DNA from: a virus
Length of the DNA stretch: 64,000 bases
Direction: 5' to 3' (one strand)
Virus record (IMG/VR): IMGVR_UViG_3300042545_001134
Span: 56,600-120,599 of that record
Position numbers and translations under genes: made by a program. The notes under the pieces were generated by a model that saw only the letters and a program-made list of their open reading frames with translations, searched no databases and had not been told where the DNA came from. Of the stretch, positions 1 to 7,126 are shown piece after piece (position 1 is the stretch's first letter; each line of letters begins with the position of its first letter).

Positions 1-26
1 AGAAAAAAACAGACGGGACAGCAGCA

Positions 27-48
27 ACCGAGAATTTGCTTGGCAAAC
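27..48 (+). repeat. Degenerate copy of the GATTTTGTTTGGCA-family element (AATTTGCTTGGCAAA)
   Basis: Sequence gagaatttgcttggcaaac resembles the 15-nt core that recurs in this region. The match is partial. Confidence 0.3.
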
Positions 49-72
49 TTTTAAAATTTAAAAACAGAATAC

Positions 73-561
73 ATGGGACGAGTAAATAAGACAATTGAGG
101 GGGTTTTCACAAACATCGTAGGTACCTCAAGTGAAATCAGTACTTACAATCAATTCATTAATCAAGGTGAGGATTTAAATATTTCTAAGGAACTACAGGA
201 CCTCACTGACACATATGTGAAGTTAGTTAACGAAAGTAAGAACACATTCGAACAGTTGGCATCTTTGGAGGAGATTATCATGCAAATGAGAATCAAGGAG
301 AACTTAGATGATATCAAATTATCATTGGTTCGTGAATACATCTACGCAAGGACTCCATTCTATCGCAAGGATAAGAAGGCCAAGGATGTTAGGGTCATAG
401 TGAACAAAGTGGAGTTTCATCCTGAGGTGGACAGTGAAGGAATCGAGATTTTGTTTGGCAATGAGGAATTCATGGCAAGAGCAAAAGAGAAGTTGGTTCA
501 GTCAATGGACAGTGAGATAAAGGAGAACATCCGATTACTAAAACAAATGTTGAACAATTAA
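73..561 (+). CDS. Hypothetical protein (162 aa)
   Basis: ORF-track frame with no recognisable motif. It contains an internal copy of the intergenic repeat element at 424-461. Confidence 0.5.
   Translation: MGRVNKTIEGVFTNIVGTSSEISTYNQFINQGEDLNISKELQDLTDTYVKLVNESKNTFEQLASLEEIIMQMRIKENLDDIKLSLVREYIYARTPFYRKDKKAKDVRVIVNKVEFHPEVDSEGIEILFGNEEFMARAKEKLVQSMDSEIKENIRLLKQMLNN
424..461 (+). repeat. Copy of the CCTGAGG..GATTTTGTTTGGCAA element, located inside ORF 73-561
   Basis: cctgaggtggacagtgaaggaatcgagattttgtttggcaa aligns with the intergenic copy at 711-751 across about 40 nt. Confidence 0.55.
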
Positions 562-710
562 ATTTGGAGTCATGGACGAAAGAGCACAATTCATTAGAAT
601 CGCAATGGCAAGATTAAACTCTGTGTACATTTTTAAACCACAGAGGTTGGCGGTTGCGGCAAAGATGTACCGAAAGTACTTGGAACGGAAAGAACAGAGA
701 AACGACTAAC

Positions 711-751
711 CGTCCTCAGGATGGTGACAGGTGGTCGATTTTGTTTGGCAG
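711..751 (+). repeat. Intergenic element: GC-rich segment + GATTTTGTTTGGCAG
   Basis: cgtcctcaggatggtgacaggtggtcgattttgtttggcag lies about 73 nt upstream of the ORF 823 start. Confidence 0.6.
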
Positions 752-822
752 AAAAAAATATCATAAAAGATTTGGAATATTCTAGAATTAATATTAACTT
801 CGTACTTTAAAACCAAAATATT

Positions 823-1140
823 ATGTCATATAAACAACAAGTACAGGATTTACAGAATGATATTATAAAAAATATCAAACGATTCGTGGGTGAACTCGGT
901 CAAGATGAATTACATTTTAACGAGATGTTTAGAGTTTGGGTAACGATATCAACTTGGGACGATGATTATGTTCGTGTGTCATACGCGGCAGTCGGGTTAC
1001 GGGGTGAGTTTGTTATCTGCACCAGTGAGGTTGAGGAAGAAGAAATTCAATTAGGGGAACTCGACATATATGAGTTGTCATACATTTTAGATTTACTAAT
1101 ATCAAATCAATTTAAAACCGATAACAATGGACAAGATTAA
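823..1140 (+). CDS. Hypothetical protein (105 aa)
   Basis: ORF-track frame co-oriented with its neighbours. No motif recognised. Confidence 0.5.
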   Translation: MSYKQQVQDLQNDIIKNIKRFVGELGQDELHFNEMFRVWVTISTWDDDYVRVSYAAVGLRGEFVICTSEVEEEEIQLGELDIYELSYILDLLISNQFKTDNNGQD

Positions 1141-1708
1141 ATTAAACAGTAAGGTCGTTGTATCCGACCCTTGTTACACAATTCCAACTTGGTGTCAGGC
1201 CATAGTTGATGGTGTATTACCTGGCAACTATAATGTGTTCTGTAAAAGACACGACTTAGGTGACTGGGGAGTTCGTAACTCAATGTTACTTATAGTACAC
1301 GAGGACCACACAAACGACACTCTTGAGTGGGAATCACATCCCGCAACAATTGGTGTTGACTCTGGTCAGTGTGGATTCTTCTCAAGTGAATCATATCGTA
1401 ATGACTCTCACCCAATTGAAAAGGGTGGGGCTGACTTCTCTTGTTCTCGAGGTGAAGAAGGTGATGAGTTCTATGACAAGATGGGACAGAGAACTTTGAC
1501 CACAGAGTCATATGGTGTGTATGACGAGGGTGCGGTGTGTTCATCAGGTATAGGAGATGGTTCATATATGTTGTTTACGGCAGAGGATGATTTTGGTAAT
1601 GTAATAGGAATGGCGGTGGACTTCTTAATTGAGGGTCCTGAAGACGAGGAGGATGATACAAACAACTTCATCGATTTCGAATTCTATAAAGAAGAACTTG
1701 TAAAATGA
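1127..1708 (+). CDS. Hypothetical Cys-rich protein with acidic C-terminus (193 aa)
   Basis: ORF-track frame. The C-terminus is EGPEDEEDDTNNFIDFEFY. Confidence 0.5.
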   Translation: MDKIKLNSKVVVSDPCYTIPTWCQAIVDGVLPGNYNVFCKRHDLGDWGVRNSMLLIVHEDHTNDTLEWESHPATIGVDSGQCGFFSSESYRNDSHPIEKGGADFSCSRGEEGDEFYDKMGQRTLTTESYGVYDEGAVCSSGIGDGSYMLFTAEDDFGNVIGMAVDFLIEGPEDEEDDTNNFIDFEFYKEELVK

Positions 1709-1769
1709 TAGTAATAGGAATCATCATCGTTATCGTACTTTTGTCGATACTAAAAGAAATAAAGAAGAA

Positions 1770-2036
1770 ATGAAAAAGTTATTCATAGTGATGGGATTGG
1801 CAATCGGTGGTTGCCAATCACCACAAACCTTAATCATGAAGTCGGACTTCACCGCAGTAAATCAGGACTCCACTAAGTTGTGGATTAAGGATACTGAATT
1901 TGGTAAACATCTGTACAACGCATGGAAGACAGGAGTTTATGGGGACGACACGAAAGTATACCTGTTGGACAGCACAGAATTCAACAATTTGGTTGGCACA
2001 AAATCAAAGTCCAAGAATCCGACGGTGAGTCTGTAG
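1770..2036 (+). CDS. Putative lipoprotein (88 aa)
   Basis: N-terminus MKKLFIVMGLAIGGCQSP carries a signal peptide with a lipobox-like LAIGGC. Confidence 0.5.
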   Translation: MKKLFIVMGLAIGGCQSPQTLIMKSDFTAVNQDSTKLWIKDTEFGKHLYNAWKTGVYGDDTKVYLLDSTEFNNLVGTKSKSKNPTVSL

Positions 2037-2058
2037 ACCCCCCGATTTTGTTTGGCAA
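2031..2058 (+). repeat. Intergenic element: short hairpin (GTC-tgta-GAC) + GATTTTGTTTGGCAAG
   Basis: 15-nt core at 2044-2058, 26 nt upstream of the ORF 2084 start. Confidence 0.55.
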
Positions 2059-2083
2059 GAAATATTAATTTAAATAAATCCAT

Positions 2084-2521
2084 ATGGAACCGAATTTAAT
2101 TATCAAACCATCCCAATGGTTAAACCTTGGGTGGTACGCATTAACAGTGGGAGGATTATACATCCATGAGTACTTGGGGTTATTCTTCTTAGTAATCCTG
2201 ATTTATAAAATCTTGGACATCTACTGTTGGAGTTACAGGTTCTACGACGATATCATTGTGGAGAAGAGAGGAATCCTGAATGTGACCCAAGAAGAGGTTC
2301 ATTACTTCAGAATCAAATCCATGATGGTGGAGGAACCATTCTTCCAACGTTTATTGGAACTGTCGACCATCAACATGTCTACATCTGAACATCTCAAACA
2401 GAACTTCGTTCTACATGGTATTTTAAAGGCAGAGGAAACTAAAGAATACCTTGCGAAGATGACCAAGACTAAGAGACGTAGTAATGGAATCCGCGAGATG
2501 GATATCATCAACGGGTACTAA
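2084..2521 (+). CDS. Membrane protein with bacterial PH-like (bPH_2/YdbT-like) domain
   Basis: Two N-terminal hydrophobic helices, then RGILNVTQEEVHYFRIKSMMVEEPFFQRLLELSTINMSTSE. This resembles the bPH_2 family pattern. Confidence 0.45.
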   Translation: MEPNLIIKPSQWLNLGWYALTVGGLYIHEYLGLFFLVILIYKILDIYCWSYRFYDDIIVEKRGILNVTQEEVHYFRIKSMMVEEPFFQRLLELSTINMSTSEHLKQNFVLHGILKAEETKEYLAKMTKTKRRSNGIREMDIINGY

Positions 2522-2530
2522 CCCTGATGG

Positions 2531-2561
2531 ACCTGAAGACAGGTGACGATTTTGTTTGGCA
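2531..2561 (+). repeat. Intergenic element: hairpin ACCTG-aaga-CAGGT + GATTTTGTTTGGCAGG
   Basis: 5-bp perfect stem followed by the conserved U-rich core. This is the first of three tandem copies. Confidence 0.6.
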
Positions 2562-2580
2562 GGGATTACCGTCCGACGGG

Positions 2581-2608
2581 ACCTGAGATGGTCGATTTTG
2601 TTTGGCAA
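2581..2608 (+). repeat. Intergenic element: hairpin GACC-tgagat-GGTC + GATTTTGTTTGGCAAGG
   Basis: Stem-loop then conserved core. This is the second tandem copy. Confidence 0.6.
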
Positions 2609-2620
2609 GGGTTAACCTTC

Positions 2621-2657
2621 CTCAGGACGACCCCGGAATCAGGATTTTGTTTGGCAA
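2621..2657 (+). repeat. Intergenic element: GC-rich segment + GATTTTGTTTGGCAAT
   Basis: Third tandem copy, about 80 nt upstream of ORF 2739. Confidence 0.55.
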
Positions 2658-2738
2658 TAGTTTTTTGAAATATTTTGTAACGGGATTTGGAAATGTCAGA
2701 TTTATTGGTTATATTTTATATATAAAACTGATAATATT

Positions 2739-2924
2739 ATGGCAAACAAAAAAATCACTCAGAGACAACCAGGTAAGGTAACTGCATACGAACCTGTGTC
2801 GCATCACATCTACCACGATGGTTATTCATATCGTGTACGTGTGATTAAGAACGGTACCCGTTACAGTCAGAATTTCTCTAGTAGAAAGAAGGCAATGGAT
2901 TTCCGCAAGTCATTGTTATCTTAA
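2739..2924 (+). CDS. Small basic hypothetical protein (61 aa)
   Basis: ORF-track frame followed by a strong terminator hairpin. Confidence 0.45.
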   Translation: MANKKITQRQPGKVTAYEPVSHHIYHDGYSYRVRVIKNGTRYSQNFSSRKKAMDFRKSLLS

Positions 2925-2973
2925 TAGGATAACTTTACGTGGGTTCTCCATTCCACAATGGGGGACCACTAGA

Positions 2974-2999
2974 CCCGTGGTAACCCCACGGGTTTTTTT
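2974..2999 (+). terminator. Rho-independent terminator
   Basis: Hairpin CCCGTGG-taacc-CCACGGG followed by TTTTTTT. Confidence 0.7.
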
Positions 3000-3016
3000 C
3001 GTTACCACAGAAACCT

Positions 3017-3050
3017 GACTCAGGATGGTATCCTGGATTTTGTTTGGCAA
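3017..3050 (+). repeat. Intergenic element: hairpin CAGGAT-ggt-ATCCTG + GATTTTGTTTGGCAAGG
   Basis: 6-bp stem immediately 5' of the conserved core. Confidence 0.6.
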
Positions 3051-3060
3051 GGACACCCGT

Positions 3061-3098
3061 GTTGTAACATCTAACACTGTCGATTTTGTTTGGCAAGG
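3061..3098 (+). repeat. Intergenic element: hairpin GTGTT...AACAC + GATTTTGTTTGGCAAGG, abutting the ATG at 3099
   Basis: Conserved core at 3082-3096. The gene start (atgtgtatgaca) follows directly. Confidence 0.6.
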
Positions 3099-3866
3099 AT
3101 GTGTATGACAGAACTATTTATATGTATGACACAGAAACTAATAAACCTACTGAATGAGGACGATACTCAAAAGGTAGAACAAATGATACAAGACTTCGAG
3201 GGGTACAACCAAAATGGTATCGAGGTGGTTATGGTGAAGAAAGGTGATAGTGGTGGGGCCATAATGATGATACGGATAACATCCCCAACAATAACAGATG
3301 ATATAGTAAACGAAAAGTTAGAGGTCATCTCAAAGGACTTACAGTCCAAAGGGTATGGTGACCTAATTTTACTTTTCGTAGTTAGTGCCGTATACTATAC
3401 ACCTGAAGGTGTGGATTTAAAAATCGATGTGATGAACTATCAACCACACCAAATCAAAAATAACCTGAGATATGAGTACCCTTCAATTCAGGATATACTA
3501 ATGGGTAATGTGGACTTTACTATACAATCCAATGTAATACCTACGGTTAATCAGGACACCGCAGAGTGGATTCGTATTAAGAAGAAGAGATGTATGACAG
3601 TATATCAGGTACTCCAAAAAGGTTCAGTTAATGGTGTGTCATACACACTAGGTCCCATCCATGGGATGAGTGAGGTGGAACCTACGGTTACTCCGAACTA
3701 TAAAAAGACCTTACAGAGGGACACCATTAATCAACTTCTGTTATCCGTCGAATTAAACGTCCGTATTACAGAGGTCTCCGACCTCAATAGAAAGGACGAA
3801 GTCTCATACGGTATCAAAGAGAAGTTCGAAAAGTTTGGTGTCAACGTGGAAGTCATGGTGAACTAA
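3090..3866 (+). CDS. Hypothetical protein (~255 aa)
   Basis: ORF-track frame. The track start at 3090 is TTG inside the repeat core, so the ATG at 3099 is the more likely start. Confidence 0.5.
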   Translation: MARMCMTELFICMTQKLINLLNEDDTQKVEQMIQDFEGYNQNGIEVVMVKKGDSGGAIMMIRITSPTITDDIVNEKLEVISKDLQSKGYGDLILLFVVSAVYYTPEGVDLKIDVMNYQPHQIKNNLRYEYPSIQDILMGNVDFTIQSNVIPTVNQDTAEWIRIKKKRCMTVYQVLQKGSVNGVSYTLGPIHGMSEVEPTVTPNYKKTLQRDTINQLLLSVELNVRITEVSDLNRKDEVSYGIKEKFEKFGVNVEVMVN

Positions 3867-3894
3867 AACACATATACATATTTACATATATAGA

Positions 3895-3918
3895 CCCTGT
3901 CATACGACGGGGTTTTTT
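3895..3918 (+). terminator. Rho-independent terminator
   Basis: CCCTGTC-atac-GACGGGG (one G-U pair) followed by TTTTTT. Confidence 0.65.
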
Positions 3919-4153
3919 ATTTTAGGACCGATATAACGATATCCATAGTATACATTTCCAGGAAATTTAAATTTATGTCCTTACTTCACACAAGGTACAA
4001 TCCCAGGGTAAATGTCACTGAGTGGTAAAAAGTGGGGGAAAGTGGCATTGTAATACGCCCAGCCCAAAAACCGGTCATTTTGACCTGACAAAAGTAGGGG
4101 ATTTTCGTTACGACAAAAAATGTCTGGATAGTAGGGTTAAAAACGGGGTTTTT

Positions 4154-4498
4154 TTAGGGGTTATTTTTAGAATCATAAACCAATGGTTCCTCACATACCG
4201 GACACTCATCCAGTACAATCATATTGTTCCTGCGGAACGACCAACGTTCCACGGTAGGTAATTCATCTACTGTAAGAACCGTATAACCATCCATACATTT
4301 TACTTCACCATCTATATCATAGTACCTACCTTTATACCTTGTTACTATATGGTTTTTTCTTTGAGAAATATATGGGGTACAATCTTTATACATCTTCTTT
4401 AGTAGGATATGAAACCTATAACATCCTCCTTCGGTATAGATGTATCTTATGTACCCATCTGTATTTCTCAGTTCATCTATGAATGTTAGTATATTCAT
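4154..4498 (-). CDS. Hypothetical Cys-containing protein (114 aa)
   Basis: ORF-track frame with C-terminal CPVCEEP, a possible zinc-ribbon half-site. Confidence 0.4.
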   Translation of the reverse strand: MNILTFIDELRNTDGYIRYIYTEGGCYRFHILLKKMYKDCTPYISQRKNHIVTRYKGRYYDIDGEVKCMDGYTVLTVDELPTVERWSFRRNNMIVLDECPVCEEPLVYDSKNNP

Positions 4499-4519
4499 TT
4501 TATACTTTATGGTATTATA

Positions 4520-4804
4520 CTATATGGTATTATTGGAATCAACTATCCTTCTATACAATTCATGTTGTAATCTATAAGTCTCTAATCTTTGTTGTTCTTC
4601 ATTAATAGTTATGGTATTATTCTCAATTGGATTGTGTCTTCTTCTATATCGTTCATGACGTATTCTATAACTTTCTTCTTCTGCCTCTATACCATACCTT
4701 AACGTATCTCTTATTCTTCTTCTTACAGATTCTTCTAATTCATTGGGATATACTTCTATTATACTATTATCAATATATCCCCTGCCAAGTTTAAAATTGT
4801 TCAT
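4520..4804 (-). CDS. Small hypothetical protein, MNNFKLGRGY family (94 aa)
   Basis: Shares its N-terminus MNNFKLGRGY and ~37 bp of start-region DNA with the next ORF. Confidence 0.45.
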   Translation of the reverse strand: MNNFKLGRGYIDNSIIEVYPNELEESVRRRIRDTLRYGIEAEEESYRIRHERYRRRHNPIENNTITINEEQQRLETYRLQHELYRRIVDSNNTI

Positions 4805-4813
4805 ATATATGGT

Positions 4814-5116
4814 TTAAGACATAAGACTGTCTATTATTTTATCCTGTAATTCAAATATACTATCCATGTTGATATTATCATAATTCAATTCCTCCATAAC
4901 GTATTCTGCCCAAACAATATAGTGGGTAAACGTGAGATTATCCTTTATTGATACAATATCCGTGGCAACCCTATTAAACCCCTCATATTTTATCTCAATA
5001 CGGATTGTGGTTTCATCTATATGATATAGTATTATCGATAACCCATATTGGGATATGATTTTGGTATTATATCCCCTGCCAAGTTTAAAGTTGTTCATAT
5101 ATATGGATTTCTTCAA
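4814..5116 (-). CDS. Small hypothetical protein, MNNFKLGRGY family (100 aa)
   Basis: Tandem paralogue of 4520-4804. The duplicated start region is tatcccctgccaagtttaaa(a/g)ttgttcatatatatgg. Confidence 0.45.
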   Translation of the reverse strand: MKKSIYMNNFKLGRGYNTKIISQYGLSIILYHIDETTIRIEIKYEGFNRVATDIVSIKDNLTFTHYIVWAEYVMEELNYDNINMDSIFELQDKIIDSLMS

Positions 5117-5195
5117 TTTATAGGTTTTAACCCCCTCGATTTTATATCTACACCATAAACAACGTAGAGATACTTATATTATAAAAGTAATCACA

Positions 5196-5273
5196 GTTGT
5201 ATATACCTTTCAAATTGTGATTATAAACAACTGCAGAACAAATATCAACCTGTGTAGAACAGTTGTATACACC
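5196..5273 (-). CRISPR. Solo repeat-spacer unit: degenerate 36-nt repeat, 30-nt spacer, 12-nt partial repeat fused to scaffold A
   Basis: 5196-5231 gttgtatatacctttcaaattgtgattataaacaac vs array consensus gttgtatacacctttcaaataagaggtatttacaac. Spacer is 5232-5261. 5262-5273 gttgtatacacc is the repeat 5' end. Confidence 0.7.
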
Positions 5274-5390
5274 AATAAAAAGTATTTAGTGAGTGGGTTA
5301 TTACCCCGAGATTATCTCCTCCTGTTTATTCAGGGAATCACTATGGGTTGTACAACCAACCCCATCACTTGTGGTGATGAAAATATCTTG
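5274..5390 (-). ncRNA. Conserved omega-RNA/tracrRNA-like scaffold, copy A, overlapping the 3' end of the nuclease CDS
   Basis: About 85% identical to 7151-7273 in its conserved blocks. Contains hairpins CCTG-tttatt-CAGG and GGGTTG-tacaac-CAACCC, the latter with a compensatory change in copy B. The strand is inferred. Confidence 0.65.
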
Positions 5391-6728
5391 TTTTTTCTGT
5401 AGACCTTTTAATAGTCTACCTTTCTTACTCTTACCTTTTACTTCGTTACCTTCAGCGTAAGTTATATTATATGCCCCAACAATATCGGCATCCTTTAGTT
5501 TACCGTAATCGTCACACTCAATGTTAATACAGGTGAATTTGGTTTTATCCTTATCCTTTCTATTCTCCTTATCCACATTCTTACAAGTTGGACATGTAAT
5601 AGATGTATCTTTTGGATTCACCCACAGGATTTGAATCCCCACCATCTTTGCTTTATATTCAATATCCGTTTGAAGTTGATAATATGCCCACGATTTTAAA
5701 AACAAATCTTTAGTGTTTGTGGTTATACCAGTTAAGTCCTCCATCTTAATAATACCCACATTGTATTGTTGGGCAATATCAATAACATCCCTACTGATAT
5801 CGTGATTCATTAACACGGACCAATTGTGTTCCTTTTCCTTTAATCTTTCCATTCCCAACATCTTTCTTGTTCTTCCATGTCCACCCTTGGCAAACTTCAT
5901 GGATTGTTGAAGTGCTCTTCGTATCTTATAGAACTTCATTCTCTCAGTTTGAATCTTTTCACCGATTGAAATCTGTGATGGTTGATGTTTCTCCCCGTCA
6001 ATGTATATTGATACTGGTCTGTTTATACCCAAATCAATTCCCATTACCTTATCAGGAATCATATCCTTTGATTTTGTATCAGGTACTGTACATGTTAATA
6101 ATAAAATAAAATCTTCATCCTTAATTTGAATAGAACTGGTGTTCATTTTGTATTCACCATTCAATATTCTATTGACAATTTTTTCATTACCACTTCTATC
6201 CCTTCCGTAATGTAATTTGAATTTAATTCCTTTGTGAATACTTCTCTCTGATGACGATAATGGTAAGTTAAAAACATAATCCTCCCCTTCTTTACTCACC
6301 ACAGGTTCTTTATTTACCGTACCTTTAAATGGTATTGTTAATGATGTTTTTCTAAATGATGGTATTGACATCTTTCCTTGTAAAATATCATAAAAACTCT
6401 CATCAATAGTTTTATATATCTTTTGACAAAACGACGATTTTATGTTCGATGATATGATGGTATTTTTCTTCATTAAGTTATAACCCATATTCTCCACCAT
6501 CGCCCCGTATTTTTCCTTGAAAATCTCTTTTGATTTAACTTTAGTAATATTAGTTGAATTTTTTATCTCATCCAACTCGTACTGGTTACAAACAGTTAAC
6601 CTAATAACTTCGTTTCCAATTTGAACCAAGTCAGATGCAATTCTTTTTACGTAATTGTACGATGCAGTTCTGTCCTTGCTGGTTTCACCAACCGCAATCA
6701 ATTTGATTTTTCTTGTGATTATTGACAT
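5301..6728 (-). CDS. TnpB/Cas12-like RNA-guided RuvC endonuclease (475 aa)
   Basis: RuvC-I GIDLGINRP, RuvC-II IIKMEDLTG, YKAKMVGIQILWVNPKDTSITCPTC..CINIEC zinc finger, RuvC-III DADIVGAYNI. This is the canonical TnpB/type V order. Confidence 0.85.
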   Translation of the reverse strand: MSIITRKIKLIAVGETSKDRTASYNYVKRIASDLVQIGNEVIRLTVCNQYELDEIKNSTNITKVKSKEIFKEKYGAMVENMGYNLMKKNTIISSNIKSSFCQKIYKTIDESFYDILQGKMSIPSFRKTSLTIPFKGTVNKEPVVSKEGEDYVFNLPLSSSERSIHKGIKFKLHYGRDRSGNEKIVNRILNGEYKMNTSSIQIKDEDFILLLTCTVPDTKSKDMIPDKVMGIDLGINRPVSIYIDGEKHQPSQISIGEKIQTERMKFYKIRRALQQSMKFAKGGHGRTRKMLGMERLKEKEHNWSVLMNHDISRDVIDIAQQYNVGIIKMEDLTGITTNTKDLFLKSWAYYQLQTDIEYKAKMVGIQILWVNPKDTSITCPTCKNVDKENRKDKDKTKFTCINIECDDYGKLKDADIVGAYNITYAEGNEVKGKSKKGRLLKGLQKKQDIFITTSDGVGCTTHSDSLNKQEEIISG

Positions 6729-6753
6729 ATCATGTTCTATTTTATGTTCATCG

Positions 6754-7093
6754 TTATATTAAAAACTTCAAGTAAGAGGTATTTACAACATAAATCCCAT
6801 TAGTTCGTATGGGTTCGTAGTTGTATACACCTTTCAAATAAGAGGTATTTACAACGTACTTGATGACCTGCAACAGGTCCATCAGTTGTATACACCTTTC
6901 AAATAAGAGAAACCCAAAGTACATGTTGTATACACCTTTCAAATAAGAGGTATTTACAACGTTTTCTCTTTCCCATGAGGTGCATCACCTGTTGTATACA
7001 CCTTTCAAATAAGAGGCATTTACAACTATTAACGGATGTACCAAAAATTAACATATAGTTGTATACACCTTTCAAATAAGAGGCATTTACAAC
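6754..7093 (-). CRISPR. CRISPR-like array of 36-bp repeats and 29-31-bp spacers
   Basis: Repeat GTTGTATACACCTTTCAAATAAGAGG(T/C)ATTTACAAC at 6820, 6925, 6991, 7058. Truncated copy at 6885-6910 and degenerate copy at 6754-6789. Spacers are unique. Array lies 25 nt upstream of the nuclease start codon. Confidence 0.85.
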
Positions 7094-7126
7094 ATGGTTA
7101 ACCCCATCTTATTATGAATCAACATA

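Noticed and set aside
1290-1671. Antisense track ORFs nested in larger genes (e.g. 1290-1565, 1471-1671, 5867-6109, 12818-13111, 21407-21604, 41410-41934, 59968-60738)
   Set aside because: They lie wholly within longer, motif-supported ORFs on the opposite strand or in another frame. They have low-complexity translations and are treated as shadow ORFs.
2044-3096. Reading TTGGCA in the repeat core as a sigma-54 (-24 GG / -12 GC) promoter
   Set aside because: No consistent GC dinucleotide occurs 10-11 nt downstream across copies. Spacing to start codons is variable and sometimes zero.
3867-4153. 287-nt convergent intergenic gap as a possible ncRNA locus
   Set aside because: No repeat, covariation or strong hairpin plus U-tract is visible. 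The overlapping track ORF 4022-4261 has no support. Nothing beyond AT-rich spacer can be asserted.
5217-5402. Track ORF (+, 61 aa) over scaffold copy A, and ORF 7133-7342 (+, 69 aa) over scaffold copy B
   Set aside because: They overlap the conserved non-coding element, share no protein similarity with each other despite the shared DNA, and one overlaps the nuclease CDS on the opposite strand. Treated as spurious.
6754-6942. Track ORF (-, 62 aa) inside the CRISPR array
   Set aside because: Its reading frame runs through repeats and spacers (repetitive YLKGVYN peptide). This is an artefact of the repeats.
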